Assembly: GCA_900696465.1 (NCBI GenBank)
Contig: CAADGE010000046.1
Location: forward strand, 77,858-141,857
Length of the DNA: 64,000 nucleotides
From: an uncultured Planctomycetota bacterium
Lineage (GTDB): Bacteria > Planctomycetota > Phycisphaerae > UBA1845 > UTPLA1
Direction: 5' to 3'
Part shown: positions 28,772 to 37,218 of the stretch, in pieces
Layout: each line of letters begins with the position of its first letter
How positions within the stretch are numbered: position 1 is the stretch's first letter
The notes under the pieces: model-generated
The model's database searches: none
Seen by the model: only the letters and a program-made list of their open reading frames with translations
What the model was told of the DNA's origin: nothing
Position numbers and translations under genes: made by a program

Positions 28772-30637
28772 TCAAGACGATGTTCGATCCATCATGGCGA
28801 GCGAGGCCAGGCGTTCGCTGGCTTCGTGCGCCCACACACTCTCCGGATAGCCAGACACCAAGTCCCCCATCACCGACCGGGCTTCGGCCGTTAACGAATC
28901 CTCTTGCAGGACTTCACCCAGACGGAACATCGCCTCTGCTCCCGCCGGTCTGCCTGACAGCTCTGCAACGAGCCCACGGAAGCGCTGAATGCGTCGGCTG
29001 ATGGCCGGTTCCAGCAGTTCGAGTCGCACACGGGCGTAGTCCGCCGTGTGTCGCCCGGGAAAGGCCGCGATCAGTGCCGTGAGGTTCGCCCGGTACGATG
29101 GGTCGGTCTCGTCCAGCGAACATAACAGAGCCGCGGGATGCACCATGGAAGCCGGATCCAGCGACGGATGCACAAAAAGGGCTTCGTAGGGTTGCGGCGA
29201 ATCGTCACGGCAGGCCGACAGCATTTCGCGCATCCGGCTCGCCTGCAGCGCGATCGCCCGAACGTTGATACCCAGCCCGATCGTCGGCTCGGCCTTCTGA
29301 AAGACCGAGGTTCGCGGCGCAGGCGTACCGGCGGCGGGCCGTGTCGTGGCCCGGGATACGTCGTACCGATCGACCACCTGCGAGAGTTGGTCTATGGCAT
29401 CCTCGATCCGTGCTGCCTGTGCATCGAGTAGAGCAAGCTTGTAAAAGGCCACCGCGCACAGCGGGTTCTCGGGGAAACTCTCAAGAATCGCCTGCCAGGT
29501 CGTACGCGATGCCCGCCTCGGCAGATCGTCGCGAAACTCAATGCGATGATCTCGCAGCAGCGCGCGACGATGCACTCGCTGATCCTGAGCCCGCGCCTTG
29601 AGAAAGAGAACGGCGGCGACGTAGCGCGAGGCAGGGAAGTGTTCGAGGAACCAGTCACAGTGTTCGATCGCCAGGTTGCGGTCGTTTTCGACGCGGGTCA
29701 GTGCATCCATCCTCGTCGATTCGAGCACCTGGCTGTAGATCGCGTCGTAGGGCTGAATCGTGGTATTGCTCCAGATGCGTGTCGCTTCCCGATGTGCCTG
29801 CGCGGCAATGTCGATGGGCGAGAAGATGGCCCCCGAACGCGGGCCGATCTCCGCTTCGAGCAGCCGGTACTCCAGTTCGTCGCGGCCGACCTGTGTGTGG
29901 AACAGAACGAGCGGAATGGCAAAGACCAGCGCCAGCACCGGCGGCACGCCGCCGGGCCGATAGTTGATGAGCTTGGCGAAGGCCAACGCGACGGCACAGA
30001 TCACGCAGGAAGACAGCATGGCCAGCACCCACGGCGCGTAGATCAGGGCGCGATTCTGAATCGGCTGCGACCGGCCGGCCGGCTCCCACGATGCGGAGAT
30101 GAAGTAGATGCCGATCGGAATAAGTCCCACCATCGCGGAAGCGAATCGAAATGAGAAGCGGAAACGAGGCAGACTCGCCAGCACACACCCTGCCAGCACG
30201 GTCAGCCCCAGCCAGGGCATGGCTGCGAGGAACATGACCATCGCGGCAAAGAGTACAGACGCGGGAAGGCGATAGAGAATCGCGACAAGGATCGGAATCG
30301 AGCCGATGGAGGCAAAAAGCATCCCGACAATCACGCTGTGAATCGGCACGAGCTCCACATTGATCGGCGAGGTGAGGAACTGGGTGAGCGTTACCTGGTT
30401 CGGCCCGCTGGGGTTGAACGACCGCTGCATGAGGTCGGCATAGCCGGCGTACTCCCATGGGAAGAAAACACCGGTCCGCAGCCAGAACGTGAAGCAGCAC
30501 AACCCGGCGAAAAGCACCGCCAGGAACAGAAGCATGAACGCCGCGCGAACTCGATACTTCGGCGCCGTCCGCGACCAGACGTCGACAATCTGTGACGGCG
30601 AACCCGGTGACAAACTGGCAGGGGCGACGTCGGTCAT
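28772..30637 (-). CDS. hypothetical polytopic membrane protein with a helical-repeat (TPR-like) C-terminal half
   Basis: About 8 hydrophobic helices in the first ~270 aa, then a soluble alpha-helical region (AVAFYKLALLDAQAARIEDAIDQL..., AMFRLGEVLQED). Its ATG overlaps the ubiE/menG stop (ATGA at 30634-30637). Confidence 0.6.
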   Translation of the reverse strand: MTDVAPASLSPGSPSQIVDVWSRTAPKYRVRAAFMLLFLAVLFAGLCCFTFWLRTGVFFPWEYAGYADLMQRSFNPSGPNQVTLTQFLTSPINVELVPIHSVIVGMLFASIGSIPILVAILYRLPASVLFAAMVMFLAAMPWLGLTVLAGCVLASLPRFRFSFRFASAMVGLIPIGIYFISASWEPAGRSQPIQNRALIYAPWVLAMLSSCVICAVALAFAKLINYRPGGVPPVLALVFAIPLVLFHTQVGRDELEYRLLEAEIGPRSGAIFSPIDIAAQAHREATRIWSNTTIQPYDAIYSQVLESTRMDALTRVENDRNLAIEHCDWFLEHFPASRYVAAVLFLKARAQDQRVHRRALLRDHRIEFRDDLPRRASRTTWQAILESFPENPLCAVAFYKLALLDAQAARIEDAIDQLSQVVDRYDVSRATTRPAAGTPAPRTSVFQKAEPTIGLGINVRAIALQASRMREMLSACRDDSPQPYEALFVHPSLDPASMVHPAALLCSLDETDPSYRANLTALIAAFPGRHTADYARVRLELLEPAISRRIQRFRGLVAELSGRPAGAEAMFRLGEVLQEDSLTAEARSVMGDLVSGYPESVWAHEASERLASLAMMDRTSS

Positions 30638-31398
30638 CGTTCCTTCCCGGCCACGTACACCGTGACGATGCCGAACGTCAACCGGCGCTGCATGACTCGC
30701 GAAAACCCCGCTTTTCTCAAGGCCCCCATCATGCCCTCGCCGTCCATGAAGGTCCCGACCGAGGCCGGCAGATAGCGATAGGCCCCGCAGCGGTCACGGC
30801 TGATCCAGGTCGCCACGCGCGGCAGGACGTGGCGAAAGTAAAAGCGGTACAGCGGGCCGACCAGCGGCGCCCGCGGCATCGAAAACTCGAGAATCACGGC
30901 ACGGCCGCCGGGTCGAAGCACGCGGTACATCTCCCGCAGACCGCGATCCAGGTCCTGCCAGTTTCGGACACCGAAGGCACAGCTCGCAACCGTGAATGTG
31001 TCATCAGCAAAAGGTAGTGCCAGCGCATCAGCCGCGCTCCAGCGGATCGCCGTCGAATTCGTCGACCCCGGCCGCGTGATCGCCTGCGCGAGCATCTGCT
31101 GTGCGAAGTCGCAGCCCACGACACCGGCCGGCCCGACCGATGCGAAGGCCCGGGCGAAGTCGCCTGTACCGCAGGCCAGGTCGAGCACGCGATCATCCTT
31201 CGTGATCTTCGCCAGCTCGACGGCACGCCGCCGCCAATAGCCATCCCGTCCAGCCGACAGGACGCGATTAACACGCTCATAAGTCGGCGCGATCTCATCG
31301 AACATCGCCTGTACGCGCCGGGCCTTGTCCGACTGCCGATGCGGATCTGTCAGTCGCTGATCGTCCCAGACAAGCTTTTCAGTCGGTGTAAGCGGCAT
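30634..31398 (-). CDS. ubiE: demethylmenaquinone/ubiquinone C-methyltransferase (UbiE/MenG)
   Basis: VQAMFDEIAPTYERVNRVLSAGRDGYWRR, SAM motif VLDLACGTGDF, FGVRNW and VLRPGGRAVILEFS. Confidence 0.88.
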   Translation of the reverse strand: MPLTPTEKLVWDDQRLTDPHRQSDKARRVQAMFDEIAPTYERVNRVLSAGRDGYWRRRAVELAKITKDDRVLDLACGTGDFARAFASVGPAGVVGCDFAQQMLAQAITRPGSTNSTAIRWSAADALALPFADDTFTVASCAFGVRNWQDLDRGLREMYRVLRPGGRAVILEFSMPRAPLVGPLYRFYFRHVLPRVATWISRDRCGAYRYLPASVGTFMDGEGMMGALRKAGFSRVMQRRLTFGIVTVYVAGKER

Positions 31399-31498
31399 GT
31401 TGGGGACATTCTAGCCGAGCGATGTTATTCCGCGCAAGCCGGCAATTTTCGTGAAAGGATTGAAGCCGGACATAAACAGGCCACTGGGCCTTGCGAGG

Positions 31499-32119
31499 TC
31501 AGAGGATAAACAGCGTCGCCAGCGTCGCAAGGATCGCCACGACAACCCCGATGCCGAGAATCAGATTCGGCCAGGCCAGTTCGAAGTAGTACTTCCAGAA
31601 GGCGATGAACATCAGCAGGCCACCGGTCACGATCAGAATGAGCACACCGGGAAACGTAAATCGGTTCAGCGGTCCGAACGTCGGCCCGGTGAGCACGGAG
31701 AGCCGCAACGAATTGGCGGCGACGAAGGCCAGCGTCATCAGTGCAATGCCGATCCCCACGCGTGCCTGTCCCCATCGAACTCGCACGCGCAGGCCACGCA
31801 CGGCGTCGGATGCATCGATGCCGCGCATTCGTGCATCCTGGAGTGTGAATGGTTCACCGCATTCCGGACACCGCCGCGAAGTCAGCCCTGTCAGGTTGTA
31901 GTCACAATTCGGACACAGATGCAACGGTCGCTCCGGTACGGCGTAAGTATCCTGACCGGATTCGGTGCGCGCGTCGGGAAACTGCCCGACATTGCGCTGC
32001 GGTAACGGCTCCGTATCGAGCGGCTCCAACTCAATATGAACCGGCTGTGACAAATCATCCGCCCACTCCGATGGAGCGTCGCGATCCGGCGTTGATCTCT
32101 TTCCCTGCGGTTCGCTCAT
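31499..32119 (-). CDS. hypothetical zinc-ribbon membrane protein
   Basis: CPNCDYNLTGL....CPECG zinc-ribbon motif followed by ~4 TM helices. Its ATG overlaps the UbiD-like stop (ATGA at 32116-32119). Confidence 0.55.
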   Translation of the reverse strand: MSEPQGKRSTPDRDAPSEWADDLSQPVHIELEPLDTEPLPQRNVGQFPDARTESGQDTYAVPERPLHLCPNCDYNLTGLTSRRCPECGEPFTLQDARMRGIDASDAVRGLRVRVRWGQARVGIGIALMTLAFVAANSLRLSVLTGPTFGPLNRFTFPGVLILIVTGGLLMFIAFWKYYFELAWPNLILGIGVVVAILATLATLFIL

Positions 32120-33759
32120 TCATCCAGCCCGTACTCGTGCCATCGCCCATCCACCAGCCGCTTGATCTCATCACTCATCGTCAGGAGACGCGGCCAGTCG
32201 CGGACAATGCCCTCGCCGGCAATTTTGCGTGTGGCGTCGATGCCCATTTTACTCCCGGCGGCGAGGTAAGGCGCGGAATGGTCGAGCACGTCCATCGGCC
32301 CGTCCACAAGGAAGGTATCCCGCCGCGGATCGACATTGGCCCCGACGGCGAACATGACCGCCTGCTCGTCGTGCACGTCCACGTCCTCATCCACGATGAC
32401 GATGAACTTGGAAAACATCATCTGCCCAGCGCCCCAGATGCTGCTGGCAACCTTGCGGGCCTGTAGCGGATACGCTTTGCGGATCTTCACGAAGCAGAAA
32501 TTGTGGAACGCTCCCCATCGCGGCAGGTTGTAGTCGATGATGTCGGGAATCAGCATCTGCAAGAGCGGCAGAAAGACCCGCTCCGTCGCCTTGCCCATGT
32601 AATAATCTTCCATCGGCGGCAGGCCCACGATTGTCGTGGGATAGACCGGGTTCTGCCGGTGTGTGATCGCCGTGACGCGCATCGTCGGGTATCGTTCGGC
32701 GAGACTGTAAAACCCGGTGTGATCGCCGAACGGCCCTTCTCGTGCCGTATCTGTGGCACTCACCAGCCCTTCGATGACGATCTCCGCGTTGGCCGGCACG
32801 TTCAGCGGAATCGTTTTCGCCGGCACCAGCGGGATACCGCCGTCGTTCAGGAAGCCGGCGAAGAGCAGCTCGCTCACCGTCGGCGGCAAGGGACAGGTCG
32901 CCGCATAAGGCAGCACGCTCTCGCCGCCCAGCACGATCGCCACGGGCATCTCCTTGCCCTGCTCGGCCCACATCCGCTGATGCCGCGCCCCGTCGTGGTG
33001 CATGTGGCAGTGAAAGATGGCCGACTTCGGACCCGTCACCTGAATGCGATACATCCCGATGTTCGGCTCGCTTCCGTCCGGCGCGGTCGTATAGATGCCC
33101 GCCAGCGTGATGTAGCGACCGATCGGAATTGCAGATTGACCTTCCGCCGCTCGGCCCCTTTCGCCTTCGACATTGTGGCGTTTTCCGACGATGACATCCT
33201 CATCCGCCCCGCCGTCGTGCGGCCAGCATTTGATGATCGGCAGTGCCTGCAAGTCGGCGTCGTCCGTGTGCACGACTTCCTGACACATCCCGCGCTTGAC
33301 GACCTTCGGCGTGTAGCCGGCGATCTTCGCCAGCTCCGGAAGCATCTTCATCTTCTCCATGAAGGTCGTCGGCGGCTCCGGCTTGACCAGTTTCTGTACT
33401 TTCGCCGCCAGCGATTCAAAATCCTCGCAGCCCAGGGCCATCCGCATCCGCGCATAGCTCCCGAAGAGATTGATCGCCAGCGGTATGCGGCTGCCGCGTA
33501 CGCGCTCGAATACCAGACCGTAGCCGCCCGTGCCCCCGTGGATCGGATCCGTCTTGGGCGCGCCAGCCGCGCCCTCCGGCGCGAGCGACTTGCTCATCCG
33601 GTCGGCGATTTCCGTGATCTCCAGTTCGGGATCCACCTCGGTACGGACGCGCCGAAGCTGTCCGGCGCGTTCGAGCGCTGCGATGAATGTCTGCAAGTCT
33701 GGATAGGCCAAGGGCGGCTCCTTCTCCCCCTGCCACTCTCCCCGGAGGAGCATCCTCAT
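32116..33759 (-). CDS. ubiD: UbiD-family (prenylated-FMN dependent) decarboxylase (UbiD/MqnM-like)
   Basis: Full-length UbiD-like collinearity: GGYGLVFERVRGS, GMYRIQV, EGPFGDHTGFYS, WGAGQMMFSKFIVIVDEDVDVHD. Confidence 0.88.
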   Translation of the reverse strand: MRMLLRGEWQGEKEPPLAYPDLQTFIAALERAGQLRRVRTEVDPELEITEIADRMSKSLAPEGAAGAPKTDPIHGGTGGYGLVFERVRGSRIPLAINLFGSYARMRMALGCEDFESLAAKVQKLVKPEPPTTFMEKMKMLPELAKIAGYTPKVVKRGMCQEVVHTDDADLQALPIIKCWPHDGGADEDVIVGKRHNVEGERGRAAEGQSAIPIGRYITLAGIYTTAPDGSEPNIGMYRIQVTGPKSAIFHCHMHHDGARHQRMWAEQGKEMPVAIVLGGESVLPYAATCPLPPTVSELLFAGFLNDGGIPLVPAKTIPLNVPANAEIVIEGLVSATDTAREGPFGDHTGFYSLAERYPTMRVTAITHRQNPVYPTTIVGLPPMEDYYMGKATERVFLPLLQMLIPDIIDYNLPRWGAFHNFCFVKIRKAYPLQARKVASSIWGAGQMMFSKFIVIVDEDVDVHDEQAVMFAVGANVDPRRDTFLVDGPMDVLDHSAPYLAAGSKMGIDATRKIAGEGIVRDWPRLLTMSDEIKRLVDGRWHEYGLDE

Positions 33760-34001
33760 CCGCCGGCGACCGGGCCGTTACATGGTAGCGTAGCCCTGTG
33801 GTTTTGGGACTTTTGATTCCCGACGAAAGCCCATACGCCTGCTCGCAGCGCTGCCACAGCGGGCTGCCATTCATCAGCCGTATTCACGCTTGTTTCAGGA
33901 CCTGACGCGGCGAGCCGAAGTCGGATTGCCTGGCGTCCGATGAGCAGATGCCGGGAGCACAGGAGTTATTAGAACACCGTCGACCGGGGGAGACGCTGAT
34001 C

Positions 34002-34580
34002 ATGTTGCCTGATTCTGATCCGTCACCGGACGAACTGTACGACCCGACGACAGACCCGGATGCCAATGCTCCGACGCGCGACGGAACCGCTTCCGAGCCG
34101 ATCCCGCTCTTCGACGGTGAACCATCGGCTTCGATCATCGTGCATGATCGGGCGACGATCCCGGCCGAGCAGACCATTCGCGGACGCCGGACAGATCCGC
34201 GAAAGAGCATCGAAGGCGCGTGGGTGCTGTTTGCTCCCGAGGTTCGGATCGGCCAGCCGGACCAGGTCGAGTGCCCGCTGGTGGACATATCCGCCGGCGG
34301 CTTTGCGGTCTATTACGACCAGGCACTCAAGACCGGCGTGCGAGGATTCGTGTCTTATCGCTCGATCTGTGATCTGCCGATCCGCGTCGGCTTTACTGTT
34401 CAGAGATGTGAACCGCAGGAAGACGGCCTCTTTCTCGTCGGCGCGAAATTCGATCATCGACTGCGCTATGAAGACCGGCGACTTGCGACCGTACGGCGCG
34501 GTCGCGAAGTGGTCCCAGGAATCAGGGCTCGTCGCATCAAAATGTCGGCGATACACGAAGCCCCATCGACTCTGATCTGA
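34002..34580 (+). CDS. PilZ-domain protein (putative c-di-GMP receptor)
   Basis: RRTDPRK (RxxxR-type) followed by VDISAGGF (D/NxSxxG). GGGGAG lies upstream of ATG 34002. Confidence 0.62.
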   Translation: MLPDSDPSPDELYDPTTDPDANAPTRDGTASEPIPLFDGEPSASIIVHDRATIPAEQTIRGRRTDPRKSIEGAWVLFAPEVRIGQPDQVECPLVDISAGGFAVYYDQALKTGVRGFVSYRSICDLPIRVGFTVQRCEPQEDGLFLVGAKFDHRLRYEDRRLATVRRGREVVPGIRARRIKMSAIHEAPSTLI

Positions 34581-34711
34581 TAGTATCGCTGGGATCTCCG
34601 GCGAATCGGCAAGGGTCGTCGCCGGGCACAGGCAGTCGCGCTGCGGCGATTGACGACCCCCGTCGCGGTGCGTACGGTACCGCCATTGGCACAGCCCAGG
34701 AGGCGCCTCGT

Positions 34712-35725
34712 TTGGCTCGAACGCTTGTTGCTCTCATCTCGCTCCTCCGTCCGGCGCAATGGATCAAGAACATCTTCGTCTTTGCGGCGCTGGTCTTTGG
34801 TGCGCGGCGGGATGAACCGGAGGCGATCCTTCTTTCCCTGGCCGCCTTCGCCATTTTCTGCCTGCTGTCCGCAGCGGTATATGCCTTTAACGACCTGCGC
34901 GACTATCGCGAGGACGCCCTGCACCCCACCAAGAAAAAGCGGCCGGTCGCCAGCGGCGCTATCTCCCCCGCCACGGCCGGCGCCGTGTCGTTGCTGCTGG
35001 CCATCGTCGGGATGAGCTGGTCGTTGCAGATGTCCGCCGGTTTCGCCCTGACCGCCGGTTGCTTCCTCGGGCTGAACCTGGTCTACACCATCTGGGGCAA
35101 GCATCAGGTCATTCTCGATGTCATCCTGATCTCTGTCGGATTCGTCATGCGGGCCCTCGCCGGCGCACAAGCCATTGAGGTTGAAGTCTCGGCCTGGCTC
35201 GTCATCTGCACGTTCACCCTTTGCCTCTTTCTCGGTTTCGGCAAGCGGCGATGCGAGCTGGCCGTGCTCGAAAACAGCGACCGCGCCGCGGCGCATCGGG
35301 CAACCCTCGCCCGGTACAATCCCGGCCTGCTGACACAGCTTCTGGCCACCAGCGGCGGCATCGCGGTGACGACCTTCCTGCTCTATACCCTCGACCCGGC
35401 CACCACCTTCCACCCGCTGGTCTTCACCACGCCGCTCGTGTTCTATGCGATCTTCCGTTATGCGACGGTCATCGAAATGGGAGAACGCACCGGACCGACG
35501 GATGTGCTCATCAAGGACAAGCCCTTTCTGTTTACCGCGATCGCCTGGACGATTCTGACGCTGGCCTTCGTCCTCTACGGGTCCAGGATCGAAAAGTTTC
35601 TCCCCCCCCTGCGTTATCCGGGCCAGATGCCGCTAGAGCAGCGGCCGGAACCGGATGACACGCGCGAAGCCGAAAATACAGATGTTGATACCCGGCAACA
35701 TGCGCGCGGCGACACCTCATTCTAA
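34712..35725 (+). CDS. UbiA-superfamily prenyl/phosphoribosyl transferase, decaprenyl-phosphate phosphoribosyltransferase-like
   Basis: LRPAQWIKNIFVFAALVF, Asp-rich motif NDLRDYREDALHPTKKKRPVASG, ~8 TM helices. TTG start at 34712 is preceded by AGGAGG. Confidence 0.8.
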   Translation: MARTLVALISLLRPAQWIKNIFVFAALVFGARRDEPEAILLSLAAFAIFCLLSAAVYAFNDLRDYREDALHPTKKKRPVASGAISPATAGAVSLLLAIVGMSWSLQMSAGFALTAGCFLGLNLVYTIWGKHQVILDVILISVGFVMRALAGAQAIEVEVSAWLVICTFTLCLFLGFGKRRCELAVLENSDRAAAHRATLARYNPGLLTQLLATSGGIAVTTFLLYTLDPATTFHPLVFTTPLVFYAIFRYATVIEMGERTGPTDVLIKDKPFLFTAIAWTILTLAFVLYGSRIEKFLPPLRYPGQMPLEQRPEPDDTREAENTDVDTRQHARGDTSF

Positions 35726-35782
35726 CTCATTTATTCATAATTGGTTATCAACTCGGCAGCCGCTCATCGGCCCGAACACTCC

Positions 35783-35807
35783 GAACATTTATTACCGCTT
35801 GAGCGAT
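35783..35807 (+). promoter_or_regulatory. ECF-type promoter candidate (GAAC-N17-CGAT) upstream of the ECF sigma gene
   Basis: GAAC at 35783-35786, 17-nt AT-rich spacer, CGAT at 35804-35807, 34 nt before ATG 35841. Pattern match only. Confidence 0.3.
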
Positions 35808-35840
35808 AATCCTGACAGTGGTCGTCAGCAGGAAAGGTCT

Positions 35841-36431
35841 ATGTCTTCAGAGGTGGATGTGATTGCGACCGGCGCGGCAGATGAGATCGATCACGCGTTG
35901 ATCGAAGCGGCGCAGCGCGGCGAACGCGGCGCACTCGATACGTTTGTGCGCCGAAACGATCGCTGGGTCCGGGGCGTGGTCTATGCCACCTGCGGAAGCG
36001 CCCAGATCGTTGACGATGTGGTTCAGCATATCTGGACGCGCGTCTGGGAGCAGATCGGCACTCTGGCCGATCCAACCCGCTGGCGCGGCTGGCTTTATAC
36101 GCTCGCCAGAAACGCCGCAATCGATGCCGGGCAGAAATCCGCAAGACGCCGAACGCGTCAGGTCAATCTTGAAGAAACGGCACCGCCGGTCTCGCGGGAA
36201 GCAGGACCGGACCTTCGGCTGATCCGCAATGAACAGGAGCGTCGCGTGCTTTCAGCGATACAGGGCTTGCCCGAAATCTACCGCGAACCGTTCATCCTTC
36301 GACACCTCGAAGGATGGAACTACGCTCGCATCGCAGAAGCCCTGAATATGCCGGTTGATACGGTGGAAACTCGGCTGGTACGTGCTCGTCGGCTGTTGCG
36401 AGAAGCACTGGGCGACTACTTGAAAACGTAA
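35841..36431 (+). CDS. ECF (group 4) RNA polymerase sigma factor
   Basis: Region 2 (FVRRNDRWVRGVVYA..., WLYTLARNAAID) and region 4 (REPFILRHLEGWNYARIAEALNMPVDTVETRLVRARRLL). Confidence 0.85.
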   Translation: MSSEVDVIATGAADEIDHALIEAAQRGERGALDTFVRRNDRWVRGVVYATCGSAQIVDDVVQHIWTRVWEQIGTLADPTRWRGWLYTLARNAAIDAGQKSARRRTRQVNLEETAPPVSREAGPDLRLIRNEQERRVLSAIQGLPEIYREPFILRHLEGWNYARIAEALNMPVDTVETRLVRARRLLREALGDYLKT

Positions 36432-36461
36432 CGTGAGGAACGGACTGGGAGTGGTGTAACA

Positions 36462-37058
36462 ATGTCCTACGATCAACCTGACCATCTGAATATGGCCGAC
36501 GAGCGCGTCGAACGGCTGATCTGCCGTCGACTCGACGGCGAAATCAGCGCGTCGGAACAATCGGAACTTGATCGCCTTCTCGCGAGAGACCCTGCGGCTC
36601 GGCGGCTGCTTTCGGATTACGCACGAATCGACGATCTTGCCTCACGTTCGCTTCGACATGATTTCAACGGTGCGAGGGCGGCGGCGCGTCCCCGGCAGCT
36701 TGGCGGCTTCAGGCTCGCCGCCGCCGGCGCCGTTCTGGCGGCGGCCGCCGTCGTCGCCTTTTCGTTCCTGCCGAATCTCTGGCGTACGAATACTGCGGCA
36801 CCGACGCGCTTCTCCGCCCGGCCCTCTCAGCAGATGGTTTCCCCGCCTGCCTACCCGCGCGGCCGTGTGGTCGGCGAGCCCGTTCCCCAGTTTGTGAACT
36901 ACCGCGACGCCGATTACCTGCCGCAGACCCGGCAGCAGGACGTATTGCGTGACCTGATCGGCGTACGCACCAAGAACGAAAAAAATCAGGATGTGATCTA
37001 CATTTTTGAAAGGAATACCGAGTCTACGAAGATCGTACCTCTGTCGAGTGATTTCTGA
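36462..37058 (+). CDS. putative anti-sigma factor (single-pass membrane protein)
   Basis: It starts 31 nt after the ECF sigma stop. N-terminal ERLICRRLDGEISASEQSELDRLLARDPAARRLLSDY is anti-sigma-like, with a central TM (LAAAGAVLAAAAVVAFSFL). Confidence 0.6.
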   Translation: MSYDQPDHLNMADERVERLICRRLDGEISASEQSELDRLLARDPAARRLLSDYARIDDLASRSLRHDFNGARAAARPRQLGGFRLAAAGAVLAAAAVVAFSFLPNLWRTNTAAPTRFSARPSQQMVSPPAYPRGRVVGEPVPQFVNYRDADYLPQTRQQDVLRDLIGVRTKNEKNQDVIYIFERNTESTKIVPLSSDF

Positions 37059-37218
37059 TCATCGACCGTCGAGCGTTGCTCAGACCAGAAATGTCAGAGG
37101 CGCCACTTCGGCGGCCCTGACCGGAACGTTATTCAAAAAAGTGCGAGTCTGTACGGTTGCGGCCACGAAACGGATTCCGGACGGATTCCGGCCGCTGAAG
37201 ATGAAAGGGAGAGCAGAA

